Source: a virus (Duplodnaviria > Caudoviricetes). From it: DNA of 64,000 nucleotides. Below the pieces are notes generated by a model. That model ran no database searches. It was not told the DNA's origin and was given only the letters and a program-made list of their open reading frames with translations. A program made the position numbers and the translations under genes. The stretch covers positions 18,212 through 82,211 of IMG/VR virus record IMGVR_UViG_3300037467_002029, one strand, 5' to 3'. Numbering within the stretch: the stretch's first letter is position 1; each line of letters opens with the position of its first letter. Shown here one piece after another: positions 17,994 through 27,758 of the stretch.

Positions 17994-20467
17994 GGGGCGA
18001 CAAATCCTGCGGGTGGGGTGCGGGTGAAACCGGAGAAGCGCATGGTGCACTGGCCGCCGTTGGCGAACTGTGCTGCTGGATAGAGAGCCGCAGAGCCCAT
18101 CGCGGAGATGTCGAGACCGCCTACCCCGGTAGCGGGATTGGCGCTTGCTCCGGGGAGCCAGGAGCCAGCCGAGGCCCCATCGGCCGCGGCGACGCGCCAC
18201 CAGACCTTCTTGGCATCGACATCGACGGCCATGTCCACGCCATCGCCAGTGACGTAGGTGGCATAACCTGAGTTCGCACTTCCGTTGTAGTCAGTGAAGC
18301 CGTTCTTCCAATAAGTCGCCATGTTGGCGTTCGCGGCGCCGTCCCCGAACAGCTCATGGTTGCCGCCCTGCGACAGCGTTGCCGTGGCGTTGGCAACCGC
18401 TGCGTACATATTGGCATTGTTCATCTTGTATTCGACGTAGAACTTGCCGGTCGATGGGTACGAACGGTTCGTGCGGATCGCCATGACGCCGCTGCCATCG
18501 ACGCCCACTGCGGTGAGGTTGCCATTGCTCAGTGTGATCGTGCCGAATTTGTCGGTGGCGCTCCACGTCATCGCAACGACAGCATCGGTCGGGCTGATGG
18601 CGGGGCCAACGTAACTGTAGCCAAGGCCGTTGGGGCTGTTCGTGTAAACCGTGGGGCGCAGATACTGAGTGGCTGTGGGGGCGGTAAGGCCAGCGGCGGC
18701 GAGGCCGGAGCTTAGGTTCGCCCCGGATTGCAGATCGTCGTTGGTGAGTTCGTAGTAAACGTCCTGGACGCGCGTGGTGTTGTCCATGATCGAGCCGGAA
18801 CTGAAAACCTCCCAGCGTGTCATGTAACCGGCATAGACCTTGGCCCCGAAGGTGATGTTCCAGGTCATCGGCGTCACGCCCGAGGCCGACGTCCGCGTGA
18901 ACGCGGTGATGGCGTTCGTAAGATCGATCGCGACGGTCGCCGCCGTCGCTGCGGAGCGCGTCTCGGCCGATGGTCCGGTGCCGTTGGTCGCCACAACGCC
19001 AACCTTGAACGTCTTGCCGGCGTCGTTGTCGTTGACCAGCAGGGCGTCGTTGGTTGCCCCGCCGATGGCGACGAAGCCGCTGCCGCCGTCGGCGTACCAT
19101 TGGTAGGCGTAGCCGGTCGGAGCGTTCGTCCACGTGCCCGTTGAGGCATAAAGCGTTTGCCCGACCACGGCATCGCCGGAGATGGCCGGGGCGACGGTGT
19201 TGACCGGAACCGCTCCGGTCACCGTCGTCGAAGTGAACGTGTCGCTCGTGGCGCCGACTGTCAGGGTCGTATTAACCGCTGTTGAAGCGCTTGCGGACGA
19301 TGTGTGACGAACCGCCAAGGTGTCGCCGTTCACAACTGTAACTGGCCCAGCGCCCCAAGTGCCGCCGTTCTTCTGCAACTGGCTGGAGGCGTCACCGCTG
19401 ATCGAGGCCGTGGCGCTGTCGCTGGCGCCAAGCCCAGCGATCGTGATCGTGTTCGATGTCTCGAGCGTGCTAAGCGGTGCACTGGGTACATCGGTGAAGC
19501 TGAAGGCGCTTGGTGACGTGTCGTTCAGATTAGAGACAGCGATCGCGAGCGTCGTCGAGCGCGGAGAATTGGCGCTGTCGGCCAAGGTCTCTACGATGGT
19601 AATATTGTGACTGGTGGCGGCCTCGTAATTGAGCAGAGATCCGTCCGCGACAGTGACCTGGCCGGTCGATGCGTTGATGGCGAACCGCCCAGCCGCGTTA
19701 TCCGACAGGCTCTTAGTTGAGCCGGCGGTATACCCCGTCGGTGTTCCAACAATCGTGGTGTTCGCGGAATTCTCAGGAACGCTGAGCGAACCGGTAAGAG
19801 CAGCCAAGCTTGGCTGTTCGAAGACATTGCTGACTGACACGGCGAGGGTCGTCGAGCGCGGCGAGTTCGCGCTGTCAGCCAAGGTCTCAACGATGGTGAT
19901 GTTGTGGCTGGTAGCTGCCTCGTAATTGAGCAGCGAGCCATTCGCGACGGTAATTTGTCCGGTCGATGCGTTGATCGAGAAGCGACCGCTAGCGTCGTCG
20001 GAAAGACTCTTCGTGGAACCCGCTGTGTACCCGGTCGGTGTGCCCACCACCGAGCCATTGGCCGAGTTTTCGGCGATGCTCAGGGAGCCGGTGAGCGCGG
20101 CCAGATTTGGCTGTTCGGAAACGTTGACGACGGTCACGGTCAGCGTCGTCGACCTGGGGGACCCTACCGCACCGGTCAGGGTCTCTACGATTGTCACTGA
20201 ATGGCTTGTCGCAGCTTCGTAATTGGTCGGTGTTGCGGCCGCGACCAGGTTGCCGCCCGAGATCGTGAAGCGACCACCGGCGTCGTTCGAAAGAGATAGG
20301 GTCGAGCCACTCGATTTATTGAGGATCGAGCCCACCACCGTACCAGCCACGGAGTTCTCGGCGATGGTGCTGTTGTTGAGCCCAAGAGCCTGCAGCGCTG
20401 AGCTGGCGCCTTTGATGACCTTGAGCGCCTTCGAAGAAGGCCGGAGGACGACCCGATACCGGTTCAT
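17990..20467 (-). CDS. Fibre/adhesin-like virion protein: 3 cadherin-like repeats, Ig-like domain and C-terminal SPRY-like domain
   Basis: Three ~100-aa repeats (AENS...DDASGRF.I...LLNYEAATSH.ITIVET); PVNTVAPAISG..VGQTL Ig motif; ITLSNGNLTA...TGKFYVEYK SPRY-like motif. Confidence 0.75.
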   Translation of the reverse strand: MNRYRVVLRPSSKALKVIKGASSALQALGLNNSTIAENSVAGTVVGSILNKSSGSTLSLSNDAGGRFTISGGNLVAAATPTNYEAATSHSVTIVETLTGAVGSPRSTTLTVTVVNVSEQPNLAALTGSLSIAENSANGSVVGTPTGYTAGSTKSLSDDASGRFSINASTGQITVANGSLLNYEAATSHNITIVETLADSANSPRSTTLAVSVSNVFEQPSLAALTGSLSVPENSANTTIVGTPTGYTAGSTKSLSDNAAGRFAINASTGQVTVADGSLLNYEAATSHNITIVETLADSANSPRSTTLAIAVSNLNDTSPSAFSFTDVPSAPLSTLETSNTITIAGLGASDSATASISGDASSQLQKNGGTWGAGPVTVVNGDTLAVRHTSSASASTAVNTTLTVGATSDTFTSTTVTGAVPVNTVAPAISGDAVVGQTLYASTGTWTNAPTGYAYQWYADGGSGFVAIGGATNDALLVNDNDAGKTFKVGVVATNGTGPSAETRSAATAATVAIDLTNAITAFTRTSASGVTPMTWNITFGAKVYAGYMTRWEVFSSGSIMDNTTRVQDVYYELTNDDLQSGANLSSGLAAAGLTAPTATQYLRPTVYTNSPNGLGYSYVGPAISPTDAVVAMTWSATDKFGTITLSNGNLTAVGVDGSGVMAIRTNRSYPSTGKFYVEYKMNNANMYAAVANATATLSQGGNHELFGDGAANANMATYWKNGFTDYNGSANSGYATYVTGDGVDMAVDVDAKKVWWRVAAADGASAGSWLPGASANPATGVGGLDISAMGSAALYPAAQFANGGQCTMRFSGFTRTPPAGFVAP

Positions 20468-20793
20468 TCGACCCACCCGTAGATGTAGACGGTCCCTACC
20501 CAGAGCGGCGTCGGCTCAGGAGCCGTATTGTCGAGGACGACAAAGTCCTTGTTTGAGGCTGCGTAGATGACCTTGATGTCGGCGTTGGTGAGCTCGAGCA
20601 GCAGCTCGTCTGTCGTTGCTCCAGCAACGAGCGTCTTATTGATGCCCGTGCCGCACTCGAACGTGACGCTCACACCGGTCATGTCTCGGGGGAGGTCGTT
20701 GTCGTCGACGAAATTCACCGAAATGACGACACCCTGCCGGCCGTGCAGCTGGATATCGCCATTGTCGTCGACGATGTCGGGGATGATCTTCAC
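20464..20793 (-). CDS. BppU-N-like adaptor protein (paralog 1)
   Basis: GDI...PRDMTG...AGATTDEL motifs shared with 23551-23874. Start GTG 20793 uncertain. Confidence 0.55.
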   Translation of the reverse strand: MKIIPDIVDDNGDIQLHGRQGVVISVNFVDDNDLPRDMTGVSVTFECGTGINKTLVAGATTDELLLELTNADIKVIYAASNKDFVVLDNTAPEPTPLWVGTVYIYGWVE

Positions 20794-20849
20794 GCGAAGG
20801 TCGTGACGTCGTCGAGCGCACGCTTCGAGGAAAGACGAGGCAACCGCGA

Positions 20850-21569
20850 TCAACCAAGCAAAAAAGCGTAGCCATATTGTTTTCGCGCTGCCGCCACCGC
20901 TGCCTTCACGCCAATCGTGACGCCTGCCCAGATCGAGCTGGTGGTCGTCATTGAGAAGAATACGCCTCCAGTGGGCGCACCGCTTGGCGTCAGCTGATTG
21001 ACGATGATTCCGCCGCCAGCGCCGCTCGCGGTCGACTGGTTGAAGATAAAGGCGTTGCTTCCTGCCTGTCCGCCCCACGACGGACTCGAATTGGTCGCAG
21101 CCGTGGCGCTGTCGCGGTCCGTGAAGAAGCAGGCCAGCACGAGGTCGTTGGCGGTAAGGTTGGCCTGCGCGATCGAGTTGGTTGTGAAGCTCGTCTGCGC
21201 GACGCTGGCGCCGGTAAATCCGCTAGTGATGAACGGCGTTGTCGCGTCGCAGCCGCTGAAGGTGATCAGTGTAGCGTCGGTATGATCTCCGCTATCGCCA
21301 ACGGCGATGCCGCCGCTGATGTCAGTCGAACTGATGCTGGCCTTGTAATAGACGAAGCCCTTGGTGATGCCCGCTGCGCCAGGCGTGCCTGTAGTTGAAA
21401 GGCTATCGAGGAGGGTAAACCCTGTGGGGGTGGATGGGAGATTTTGCCCCGCCGTCTCGATGAGTAACAGGGCCGCTTCACCAGCCGTTGCGCCAGTGCC
21501 GAACGCGACGGTGATGCCCGCCGTGCCCGCCGCGAGAGTGGTGGAGACGCTCGTGCGGGTAACGCCCAT
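20850..21569 (-). CDS. Thr/Gly/Ala-rich virion appendage protein (hypothetical)
   Basis: 239 aa beta-rich low-complexity sequence in the fibre cluster. Confidence 0.5.
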   Translation of the reverse strand: MGVTRTSVSTTLAAGTAGITVAFGTGATAGEAALLLIETAGQNLPSTPTGFTLLDSLSTTGTPGAAGITKGFVYYKASISSTDISGGIAVGDSGDHTDATLITFSGCDATTPFITSGFTGASVAQTSFTTNSIAQANLTANDLVLACFFTDRDSATAATNSSPSWGGQAGSNAFIFNQSTASGAGGGIIVNQLTPSGAPTGGVFFSMTTTSSIWAGVTIGVKAAVAAARKQYGYAFLLG

Positions 21570-21572
21570 GCC

Positions 21573-21992
21573 TTAGCTCCACTGGATACGTAGCGTGACA
21601 GTGATCCGCTTGGCGTTGTCGTTCGCGGAGACGCTCGCGCGCAGACAATCGCCCTGGGCAAGCACGGTACTACCCCACCCGGTGAGCGTCGTGTCCTGGT
21701 TCTTTTGCGCCGCGCTGGTGTTCGGCTTGTCCGTGCCGGCGATCGAGGCCACGGTGGGGAAATTGGCGTAGGTGCCGCGCAGAATATCGACCGAGCAGGT
21801 GGCACTGGTGTCAGTTGAGATCGTCCAGCCAACGATAGTCGCGGCACCGGGCAGATCCGGGAGATCCACTGTCTGGTTGGCGGCAATGACGGAACCACCC
21901 CCATCGATGACGAAGGTGATTGAGGCGTAGGTGGGGCTGAACGCCTGCGAGGAGTCTGAACTCCTCGTCAGAGCGCCGCTGTAGAACTTCAT
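21573..21992 (-). CDS. Virion appendage protein (hypothetical)
   Basis: 139 aa; ITFVIDGGGSVI...GDCLR pattern seen in phage fibre modules. Confidence 0.5.
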   Translation of the reverse strand: MKFYSGALTRSSDSSQAFSPTYASITFVIDGGGSVIAANQTVDLPDLPGAATIVGWTISTDTSATCSVDILRGTYANFPTVASIAGTDKPNTSAAQKNQDTTLTGWGSTVLAQGDCLRASVSANDNAKRITVTLRIQWS

Positions 21993-23071
21993 TAGCCGAC
22001 GACCAGCGCTTTGATCGCGTTCGAGGCCGGCGCGCTTGAGAAGGTCAAGGTGACGTTGTTGACGTCGGTCGCAACCCAGTCGACCAGGATTGCTTCATTC
22101 GTCGAGGCAAGGCGCACGGAGACGGCCACGTCCTGGGTATTGAGATTGTGATTGAGTGCGATGCTCGTCGCGGCTCCGTTACCGACCGTGAACGCGACCT
22201 TTCGCGCAACGACTGCGGTGTCGATCGCCACGCCGGCCGCCGATACACTGATGCCCGTCGAGGGCTTGACCGAGAAGCTGTTGCCGGTGAGCAGCAGGCC
22301 GTTGCCGTTGGTGTAGCTCGTGCCACCCGTGAACTGGGTGATTGTGATGCTGGTCGTGCCGAGCGTGATTGCGCCGGTGTTCGCGCAGCGCCAAGTCGAG
22401 GCCCCATAGGTGCCACCTTCCTCGACGTACCAGGTTGCACCAGGTGTGATCTCGCCAGTTGCGTCGGCATCCGTTGCGCGCGACCAGGCGCCGGCTGCTA
22501 CGACATAGACGCCGTTCTGACTGCCCGTAGTCTGCGCTGTCAGAAGAACTCGGTCACCCGCGACAAGGCTGACACTGTCGATCGTCTGGGTGCCCGTCAG
22601 CGCGACGTTGGCGACCGCGATCGCGCGGACGGAAGGCTTGCTGTCGATGCCAGCGGCGGCGTTCTGCACCTGCGCGTCGACATAATTCTTGGTCGCTGCG
22701 TCCTGTGGGTTCGTCGGATCCGTGACGTTGATGATCTTGTGCGAGGCCATCGACAGATCGACGTTCGGAGCCGCGAACTGATCGAGGCGATAGCCCTGAA
22801 CGGTCGTCGCAAGATCGCTGATCGTCGCTGCCAGCTGGGTTCCAGTGTGGTTGGCGCGCGCCAGATAAAAAGCCGCGTTCTGGCCGTTCAGCAGCGCAGA
22901 ATCCGTCGCCTTGTTCGCGAACGAGGTGCCGTTGTAGGTGAGCAGCTGATTGGTGGCAGTGTTGAAATAGGTTTGACCGACGGCGGGCGAGCTCGGATCC
23001 GCCGAGAGCGGATCGATAACGATGCTCTTCGCCGCGTTCTTCTGGAAGTCTTGAGCGTTGTAGATCTTCAT
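21992..23071 (-). CDS. Fibre protein
   Basis: DPTNPQDAATKNYVD, GDRVLLTAQT..SQNGVY...WSRATDAD and C-terminal HNLNT.DV motifs typical of phage fibres. Confidence 0.7.
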   Translation of the reverse strand: MKIYNAQDFQKNAAKSIVIDPLSADPSSPAVGQTYFNTATNQLLTYNGTSFANKATDSALLNGQNAAFYLARANHTGTQLAATISDLATTVQGYRLDQFAAPNVDLSMASHKIINVTDPTNPQDAATKNYVDAQVQNAAAGIDSKPSVRAIAVANVALTGTQTIDSVSLVAGDRVLLTAQTTGSQNGVYVVAAGAWSRATDADATGEITPGATWYVEEGGTYGASTWRCANTGAITLGTTSITITQFTGGTSYTNGNGLLLTGNSFSVKPSTGISVSAAGVAIDTAVVARKVAFTVGNGAATSIALNHNLNTQDVAVSVRLASTNEAILVDWVATDVNNVTLTFSSAPASNAIKALVVG

Positions 23072-23083
23072 CGGTCAGGGCTC

Positions 23084-23350
23084 CTACGAGAGGTCAGCGG
23101 AGCCCAGCGTGGGCTGACTGAAGGTGATGGTGAGGACGTTCTCGTCGAGGTGTTGGACGTCGGCGACGATCACGTCGCCAACCGAGTCACGGATCGAGAC
23201 GACCGGATAGCGACCAAGATTGTGCGGAATCATCCACACCAGCTGAGCTGACGGCGCAGTCCAGGTGAAACCGCGCTCGGCGCGCACGGAATTGAACTCG
23301 CCCGCCACGCGCACGGTAAAATCCTGCAGACGTTCCTGAAGCGTGGTCAA
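23084..23350 (-). CDS. Small fibre-associated protein
   Basis: WMIPHNLGRYPVV motif, the same domain type as the C-terminus of 21992-23071. Confidence 0.6.
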   Translation of the reverse strand: MTTLQERLQDFTVRVAGEFNSVRAERGFTWTAPSAQLVWMIPHNLGRYPVVSIRDSVGDVIVADVQHLDENVLTITFSQPTLGSADLS

Positions 23351-23362
23351 GCGAGCGTGTCC

Positions 23363-23587
23363 TCATAAGACGAGATTGGTCTCGAAGAGCAGCACCAGAT
23401 CGCCGGGATCGGGTATCTGCCCCGGTTCCACAGGAACCGGGCTTGCACTTTGAACAACGCGAAGCTGCGCGCTACGTGGAGCGAGCTGCACCACGGCGGT
23501 GGCGCCATCCCTCAGAACAATTCGCTCGATGCTCTTGGCTGTGATCGTGATCATGCAAAGCCGGTCACGAGCAATATGCCGCTCCAC
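23363..23587 (-). CDS. Hypothetical protein
   Basis: 74-aa ORF tightly packed in the operon; start uncertain. Confidence 0.4.
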   Translation of the reverse strand: MERHIARDRLCMITITAKSIERIVLRDGATAVVQLAPRSAQLRVVQSASPVPVEPGQIPDPGDLVLLFETNLVL

Positions 23588-23874
23588 AGGTTATTGGCGG
23601 GGTCAGCCGTCTCATCGATAAGGGCGAAATCGGCCTTCTTGCCGACTAGGGTGTTGTAGAAGCCAACAGGGATCTCGAGGACTAGCTCATCCGTCGTGGC
23701 GCCCGCGATCAGCGTAATCGTGGCTCCGTCCTGGACATAGAGCTTCACCGTCGCGCCGGTCATATCCCGGGGCGAACCATCCTCCTGCTGGAAGAAGATC
23801 GGGATCCGAAGCCCCTCCTTCGCATGGAAGACGATGTCCCCTTCCTCGGTGATCGGTGATGGCATGCTGATCAT
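23551..23874 (-). CDS. BppU-N-like adaptor protein (paralog 2)
   Basis: See paralog 1; ATGA overlap with the portal stop. Confidence 0.55.
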   Translation of the reverse strand: MISMPSPITEEGDIVFHAKEGLRIPIFFQQEDGSPRDMTGATVKLYVQDGATITLIAGATTDELVLEIPVGFYNTLVGKKADFALIDETADPANNLWSGILLVTGFA

Positions 23875-25364
23875 ACGTCGACCTCAAAGTGGAGCTTGGT
23901 TCCTGATCCAGGCTTCGAGGCGTTCGACTTCGCTGATTTCCCGCCTTCGGGTGCGAGCGACCGGCCATGGCTGTCCTGGTTCGGCGAGACACTCGTGACA
24001 TCGACGTTCGCGGCTCCAGCGTTGGGGGCGAGAAAGTTCGTGCCGGAAAGTTCCGGTGTGCCGACGGGTGGCGGCCGACCGTACATCTCCATGTGATATT
24101 CGAGGTCGGTGATGAGCCCGGCTGACAGATCCTGTTTCAGGCGGGCCGACTTCATGACCTTCTGCGGCTCGAGCTCGAGGACCGGTCGGAGCTCGACCGG
24201 ATTGAACCGCGCCTCGACGCGGCCCTGATAACCGGCCATGCGAGCCGCGAGCGTCAACGCTTGCGTGAGCACACCGCAGATCGAACGATTGAGACTGTCG
24301 GCGCCGAGCGCGAAGAGCCGCGCCTCGGTCCCCGCCACCTGCCCGCCGTCGGCTTTGCCGACGACTGCCGGCATGACTTTCAGCGCGGCCTGGTTCTGGG
24401 CATCGAGCACGTCGATGACACCTTGGATCTGCAGACCCGCGCCGGGGTTCTTGTCGTTAATGACTTTCGCCGTGACCGCGCTCGAGTGAACCAAAGCCTG
24501 GTCCGACCTGATCTGGTTGAGCGACGTCTTAATCTTGTTAATCTCGTCCTCGACGAACTTCCGCATCTCCTGCGGGTTCTGGCGAATGGTGACCGGTGCG
24601 TTCTGGATCAGCACCTCCTCCATCACCTCGAAGTCGAGGCGCGGGTAACCGACCACGCGCATGATGCGGTAGAGTTCGTTGATCACCTCCTGGCGTGCGG
24701 CGATCGTGTTGATCGCCGCCACGAAGGGCGAGAAGGTGTAGACGTCGGTCGGGTTCTGATGGAACCGGCTGACGAAGAAGCTCGGGATGTTGAGGTCTAT
24801 CTGGACCTGGGCGCCTTTCGGCTTCTGCACGGGTGAGTACACACCCGGCTGCTTCTCGTTCCAGACCAGGCTGACCGGGTCGACGAGACGAAGCTCGGAG
24901 GGCACCATCTGTTTGTCGAAGACGAGCTCGGCCGCGTTCATGCCGCGGAGCAGCATGTAGTAACGCAGGTCTTGGGCCAGCCCCGACAGCAACGGCTTAT
25001 TCGAGAAGCCGACGCTGTAGTCCGAGACAACCGTGAGCTGCTCAAGGATTTGACGCCCGAGCTGGATGCCTTGGGCGTCGAGCTGCGCGTTCGCGTCGAA
25101 AGCCCAGACCACCAGATCCGCACTCGAGGCGATCGTCAGGTAGGCGTGAACCGCAGCAGAGACGTCGGGATCGTGATTGACCGCGGCGTTGAGCAGGTCG
25201 CGAGAGTCCGACGTCAGTCGGCTGTCGTACAGCTGATTGAGGTGGTCACGGTACTGCGGTGCCGTCAGCAGCGGATTGTTGCCCTTGAAGGTCGGCGTGT
25301 AGCTCTTGCCGCCCTTGAGCTTCCCCTTGGGGAGAATGAGTTTGACGGGATTGAGGGACGCCAT
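23871..25364 (-). CDS. Portal protein
   Basis: 497 aa directly downstream of the terminase; helical composition. Mainly positional. Confidence 0.75.
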   Translation of the reverse strand: MASLNPVKLILPKGKLKGGKSYTPTFKGNNPLLTAPQYRDHLNQLYDSRLTSDSRDLLNAAVNHDPDVSAAVHAYLTIASSADLVVWAFDANAQLDAQGIQLGRQILEQLTVVSDYSVGFSNKPLLSGLAQDLRYYMLLRGMNAAELVFDKQMVPSELRLVDPVSLVWNEKQPGVYSPVQKPKGAQVQIDLNIPSFFVSRFHQNPTDVYTFSPFVAAINTIAARQEVINELYRIMRVVGYPRLDFEVMEEVLIQNAPVTIRQNPQEMRKFVEDEINKIKTSLNQIRSDQALVHSSAVTAKVINDKNPGAGLQIQGVIDVLDAQNQAALKVMPAVVGKADGGQVAGTEARLFALGADSLNRSICGVLTQALTLAARMAGYQGRVEARFNPVELRPVLELEPQKVMKSARLKQDLSAGLITDLEYHMEMYGRPPPVGTPELSGTNFLAPNAGAANVDVTSVSPNQDSHGRSLAPEGGKSAKSNASKPGSGTKLHFEVDV

Positions 25365-27100
25365 CAGCCGAGCCTCGACGCGCGCGCAGCGCTGCCCAGG
25401 AGATGGGTCTTCGCCTGGTCACCGGTATCGGCGCCATCGACCATGCTGGAGGTTGCGATAACCCCGCTCTGGGTCTGGTACATGTGCTCGCAGATCCTCC
25501 GGCTCAACAGATTGAAAGCCATCGAGTGGAAGAAGTGGTCGTTGCCGCTCGTCTTCTTCCACGTCGCTTCGGCGTTTGCGTCAGGGCTCTCATCGCGCAC
25601 CATGTCGCAGAGGTGTGTGATGAGCGTCTCCCTCAAATGCGTGTAACCACCGATCACCATCTTCCTTTGAGAGATGGTCGCGAGCATCCGATCGAAGATC
25701 AGCGTCTGGTTGCCCGAGTAGTGGGTGAGGACTCCGAGCTCGTCCTTGTGCGGCGACAGCGCCGCGGTGCCGCGCCACTGGATTGGCATGACCAGCCCCG
25801 TCGTGAAGTCGCGGAGCGCGTCAGCGGTCGGAGTGAACGGGAACCGGTCGATCCCGGCAGAGGCGATGTTGTAGACCTTGCGAAGCTCGGCGATCCGCGC
25901 CTCGAGGCGCGAAACCGGTACCTGCTCGAAGAGGATCCAGACGGGCTCGCCGTTCTCGTTGTCGTACGAGAGGGTGAGGTAGCACTGGAAGCCAACGTCG
26001 ACGCCCAGGAAGACGGGTATGTCGTGCGAGATGTTGGGGATCTCGGCGGACCCGCGCGCCATGCAGGCTTCGATGTCTTCCCGCTGGACCTGGCTGTCGG
26101 CTGAGTTGTGAGGTTCGCCGAGCACCGTGTTGTAGAAGCCGCGGATGAACCCCGATTTCAGGTACTTGGCGAGCTGGGTGAAGACATAGTCCGGTGACAG
26201 CCGGCCGGCGGAGAACGGTCGGACGTAGTAGCCACGGAAGGCCGTGCGGCTCGGATGTCGGGCGACCCATTCGCGGGTGCTGGCGTTTGCCAGGTCGAGC
26301 GCCCGGTGACAGCGCTCGCACTTCACATAGGTTTCGGAGAGATCCATCGTCGCGATGATCTCTGCGGTGAGGTCGGTGAACTTCTCGAGGTCGAGCTGCT
26401 CGAACTCGGGGCAGTGGACGAACTTCCGGGTGAAGAGCGGCACCTGCCAATGGTTGCAGGCCTCACAGCGGATCTCGTACTCGCGCTGGTCAGTGAGCTT
26501 GTAGTCCCGATCGATCCCGTAGCCCTTGAAGGTCGGGGTCGAGAACTTCTGCGTGATCCGCATCGACGAGTTCTGCAGACGCGACTGGTACAGACCGATC
26601 ATGTCCTCGGGGGAGAGATCGAGCTCGTCGTGCATGAGGAAGTCGGCGGGGATCGAGGTCGCGTCGTCTTCGCCGCACCCGGTGATGTAGCCGAAGCTCT
26701 CGCGGATCTGGATCAGGCCGGTGGAACGGATCGGCTTGATGTCGGACGGCGGATTGAAGACGTCGTCGCGATCGAGGATCGGTTTGAGGCGGGTCTTGTA
26801 GACGCGCTTGAACATGTCCTCGTTCGGCAGCGAGAAGATGCCCGACACGGCGTCGTTGCGAGTGAGGATCCCAAGATATTTGCGGAGCTGAACCTCGGTG
26901 AGGCCCACCTGGGAGCATTTGATCACCGACATGTCGGGGTGCATGTCGTCGATGATCGCGCGCTGAAATTCGTAGCTCTGGAACGAGAACGGCACCGCAC
27001 GACGGATCGTCGTGTTGTTGCAGATCCACTCGCTCATCGGCTGGGTCGAGGATCCAGCGCCGTAGCGTTGCCTGACGGTCTGGTAGAGGTCCTCGAACAT
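25364..27100 (-). CDS. Terminase large subunit (GpA-like)
   Basis: VIKCSQVGLTE Walker A variant, HDELD Walker B, CxxC pairs, LGVDVG nuclease motif and C-terminal NDHFFH. Confidence 0.88.
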   Translation of the reverse strand: MFEDLYQTVRQRYGAGSSTQPMSEWICNNTTIRRAVPFSFQSYEFQRAIIDDMHPDMSVIKCSQVGLTEVQLRKYLGILTRNDAVSGIFSLPNEDMFKRVYKTRLKPILDRDDVFNPPSDIKPIRSTGLIQIRESFGYITGCGEDDATSIPADFLMHDELDLSPEDMIGLYQSRLQNSSMRITQKFSTPTFKGYGIDRDYKLTDQREYEIRCEACNHWQVPLFTRKFVHCPEFEQLDLEKFTDLTAEIIATMDLSETYVKCERCHRALDLANASTREWVARHPSRTAFRGYYVRPFSAGRLSPDYVFTQLAKYLKSGFIRGFYNTVLGEPHNSADSQVQREDIEACMARGSAEIPNISHDIPVFLGVDVGFQCYLTLSYDNENGEPVWILFEQVPVSRLEARIAELRKVYNIASAGIDRFPFTPTADALRDFTTGLVMPIQWRGTAALSPHKDELGVLTHYSGNQTLIFDRMLATISQRKMVIGGYTHLRETLITHLCDMVRDESPDANAEATWKKTSGNDHFFHSMAFNLLSRRICEHMYQTQSGVIATSSMVDGADTGDQAKTHLLGSAARASRLG

Positions 27101-27164
27101 CGGTGAGGGTTAACCGGGGTTTTGCATCCGGCAACAAGGGTGAAATGTGACTTGGTGGACAACC

Positions 27165-27181
27165 AAGTGACTGAGTCACAT
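27165..27181. promoter_or_regulatory. 17-bp palindromic element
   Basis: AAGTGACTGAGTCACAT, in the divergent terL/27230 gap. Confidence 0.75.
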
Positions 27182-27229
27182 CAGAAAGTTGGCTGGAATT
27201 GAAATCGCCGACCCGGTCTTAGGGTCGGA

Positions 27230-27757
27230 ATGAGCAATTACCCCACCCTGCGTCTCGGCGTGCTGCAAGGCATCGTCGATCTGAAAGCCGCGTGCGACGC
27301 CAAGCCAGGCTTTTTGCGGGCGTCAGATTGTCCCTACGACAACGACACCGTTTCCATCCTCGAGAAGCTGTTCAAGCCGGTCGAGATCGAGGTCATCAAG
27401 GAGGTGATCGTCGAGAAGCCGGAGCGCGGCAAGGTCGGCCGGCCGACGAACAAGAAAGAGCTGTCCGAAGACGACGCCGCCGAGCTCGAAAACGAAGCCA
27501 AGGAAATGCTGACCGAGCTTCGCCAGATGGCGAAGAAGGATGACGGTGCGCTCAAGGATCTCGACACCCAGACCAAGCTGACGATCCTCAAGACGAGGGC
27601 CTCGCTGATGGAGAAGCTGGTCTCGATCCGCGAGCGCTTCACCAGTTCGCGCAAGGTGCTGGAATTCCAGAACACCGTCGTCGGCATCCTCGACGACCTC
27701 ATCCCCGAAGACATGCGCGACGAATTTCTGAAGCGCCTCGAGCCTTACCGGAGCTAA
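27230..27757 (+). CDS. Hypothetical protein, candidate terminase small subunit
   Basis: 175 aa helical, KVGRP motif, divergent from terL. Function is inference. Confidence 0.4.
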   Translation: MSNYPTLRLGVLQGIVDLKAACDAKPGFLRASDCPYDNDTVSILEKLFKPVEIEVIKEVIVEKPERGKVGRPTNKKELSEDDAAELENEAKEMLTELRQMAKKDDGALKDLDTQTKLTILKTRASLMEKLVSIRERFTSSRKVLEFQNTVVGILDDLIPEDMRDEFLKRLEPYRS

Positions 27758-27758
27758 T

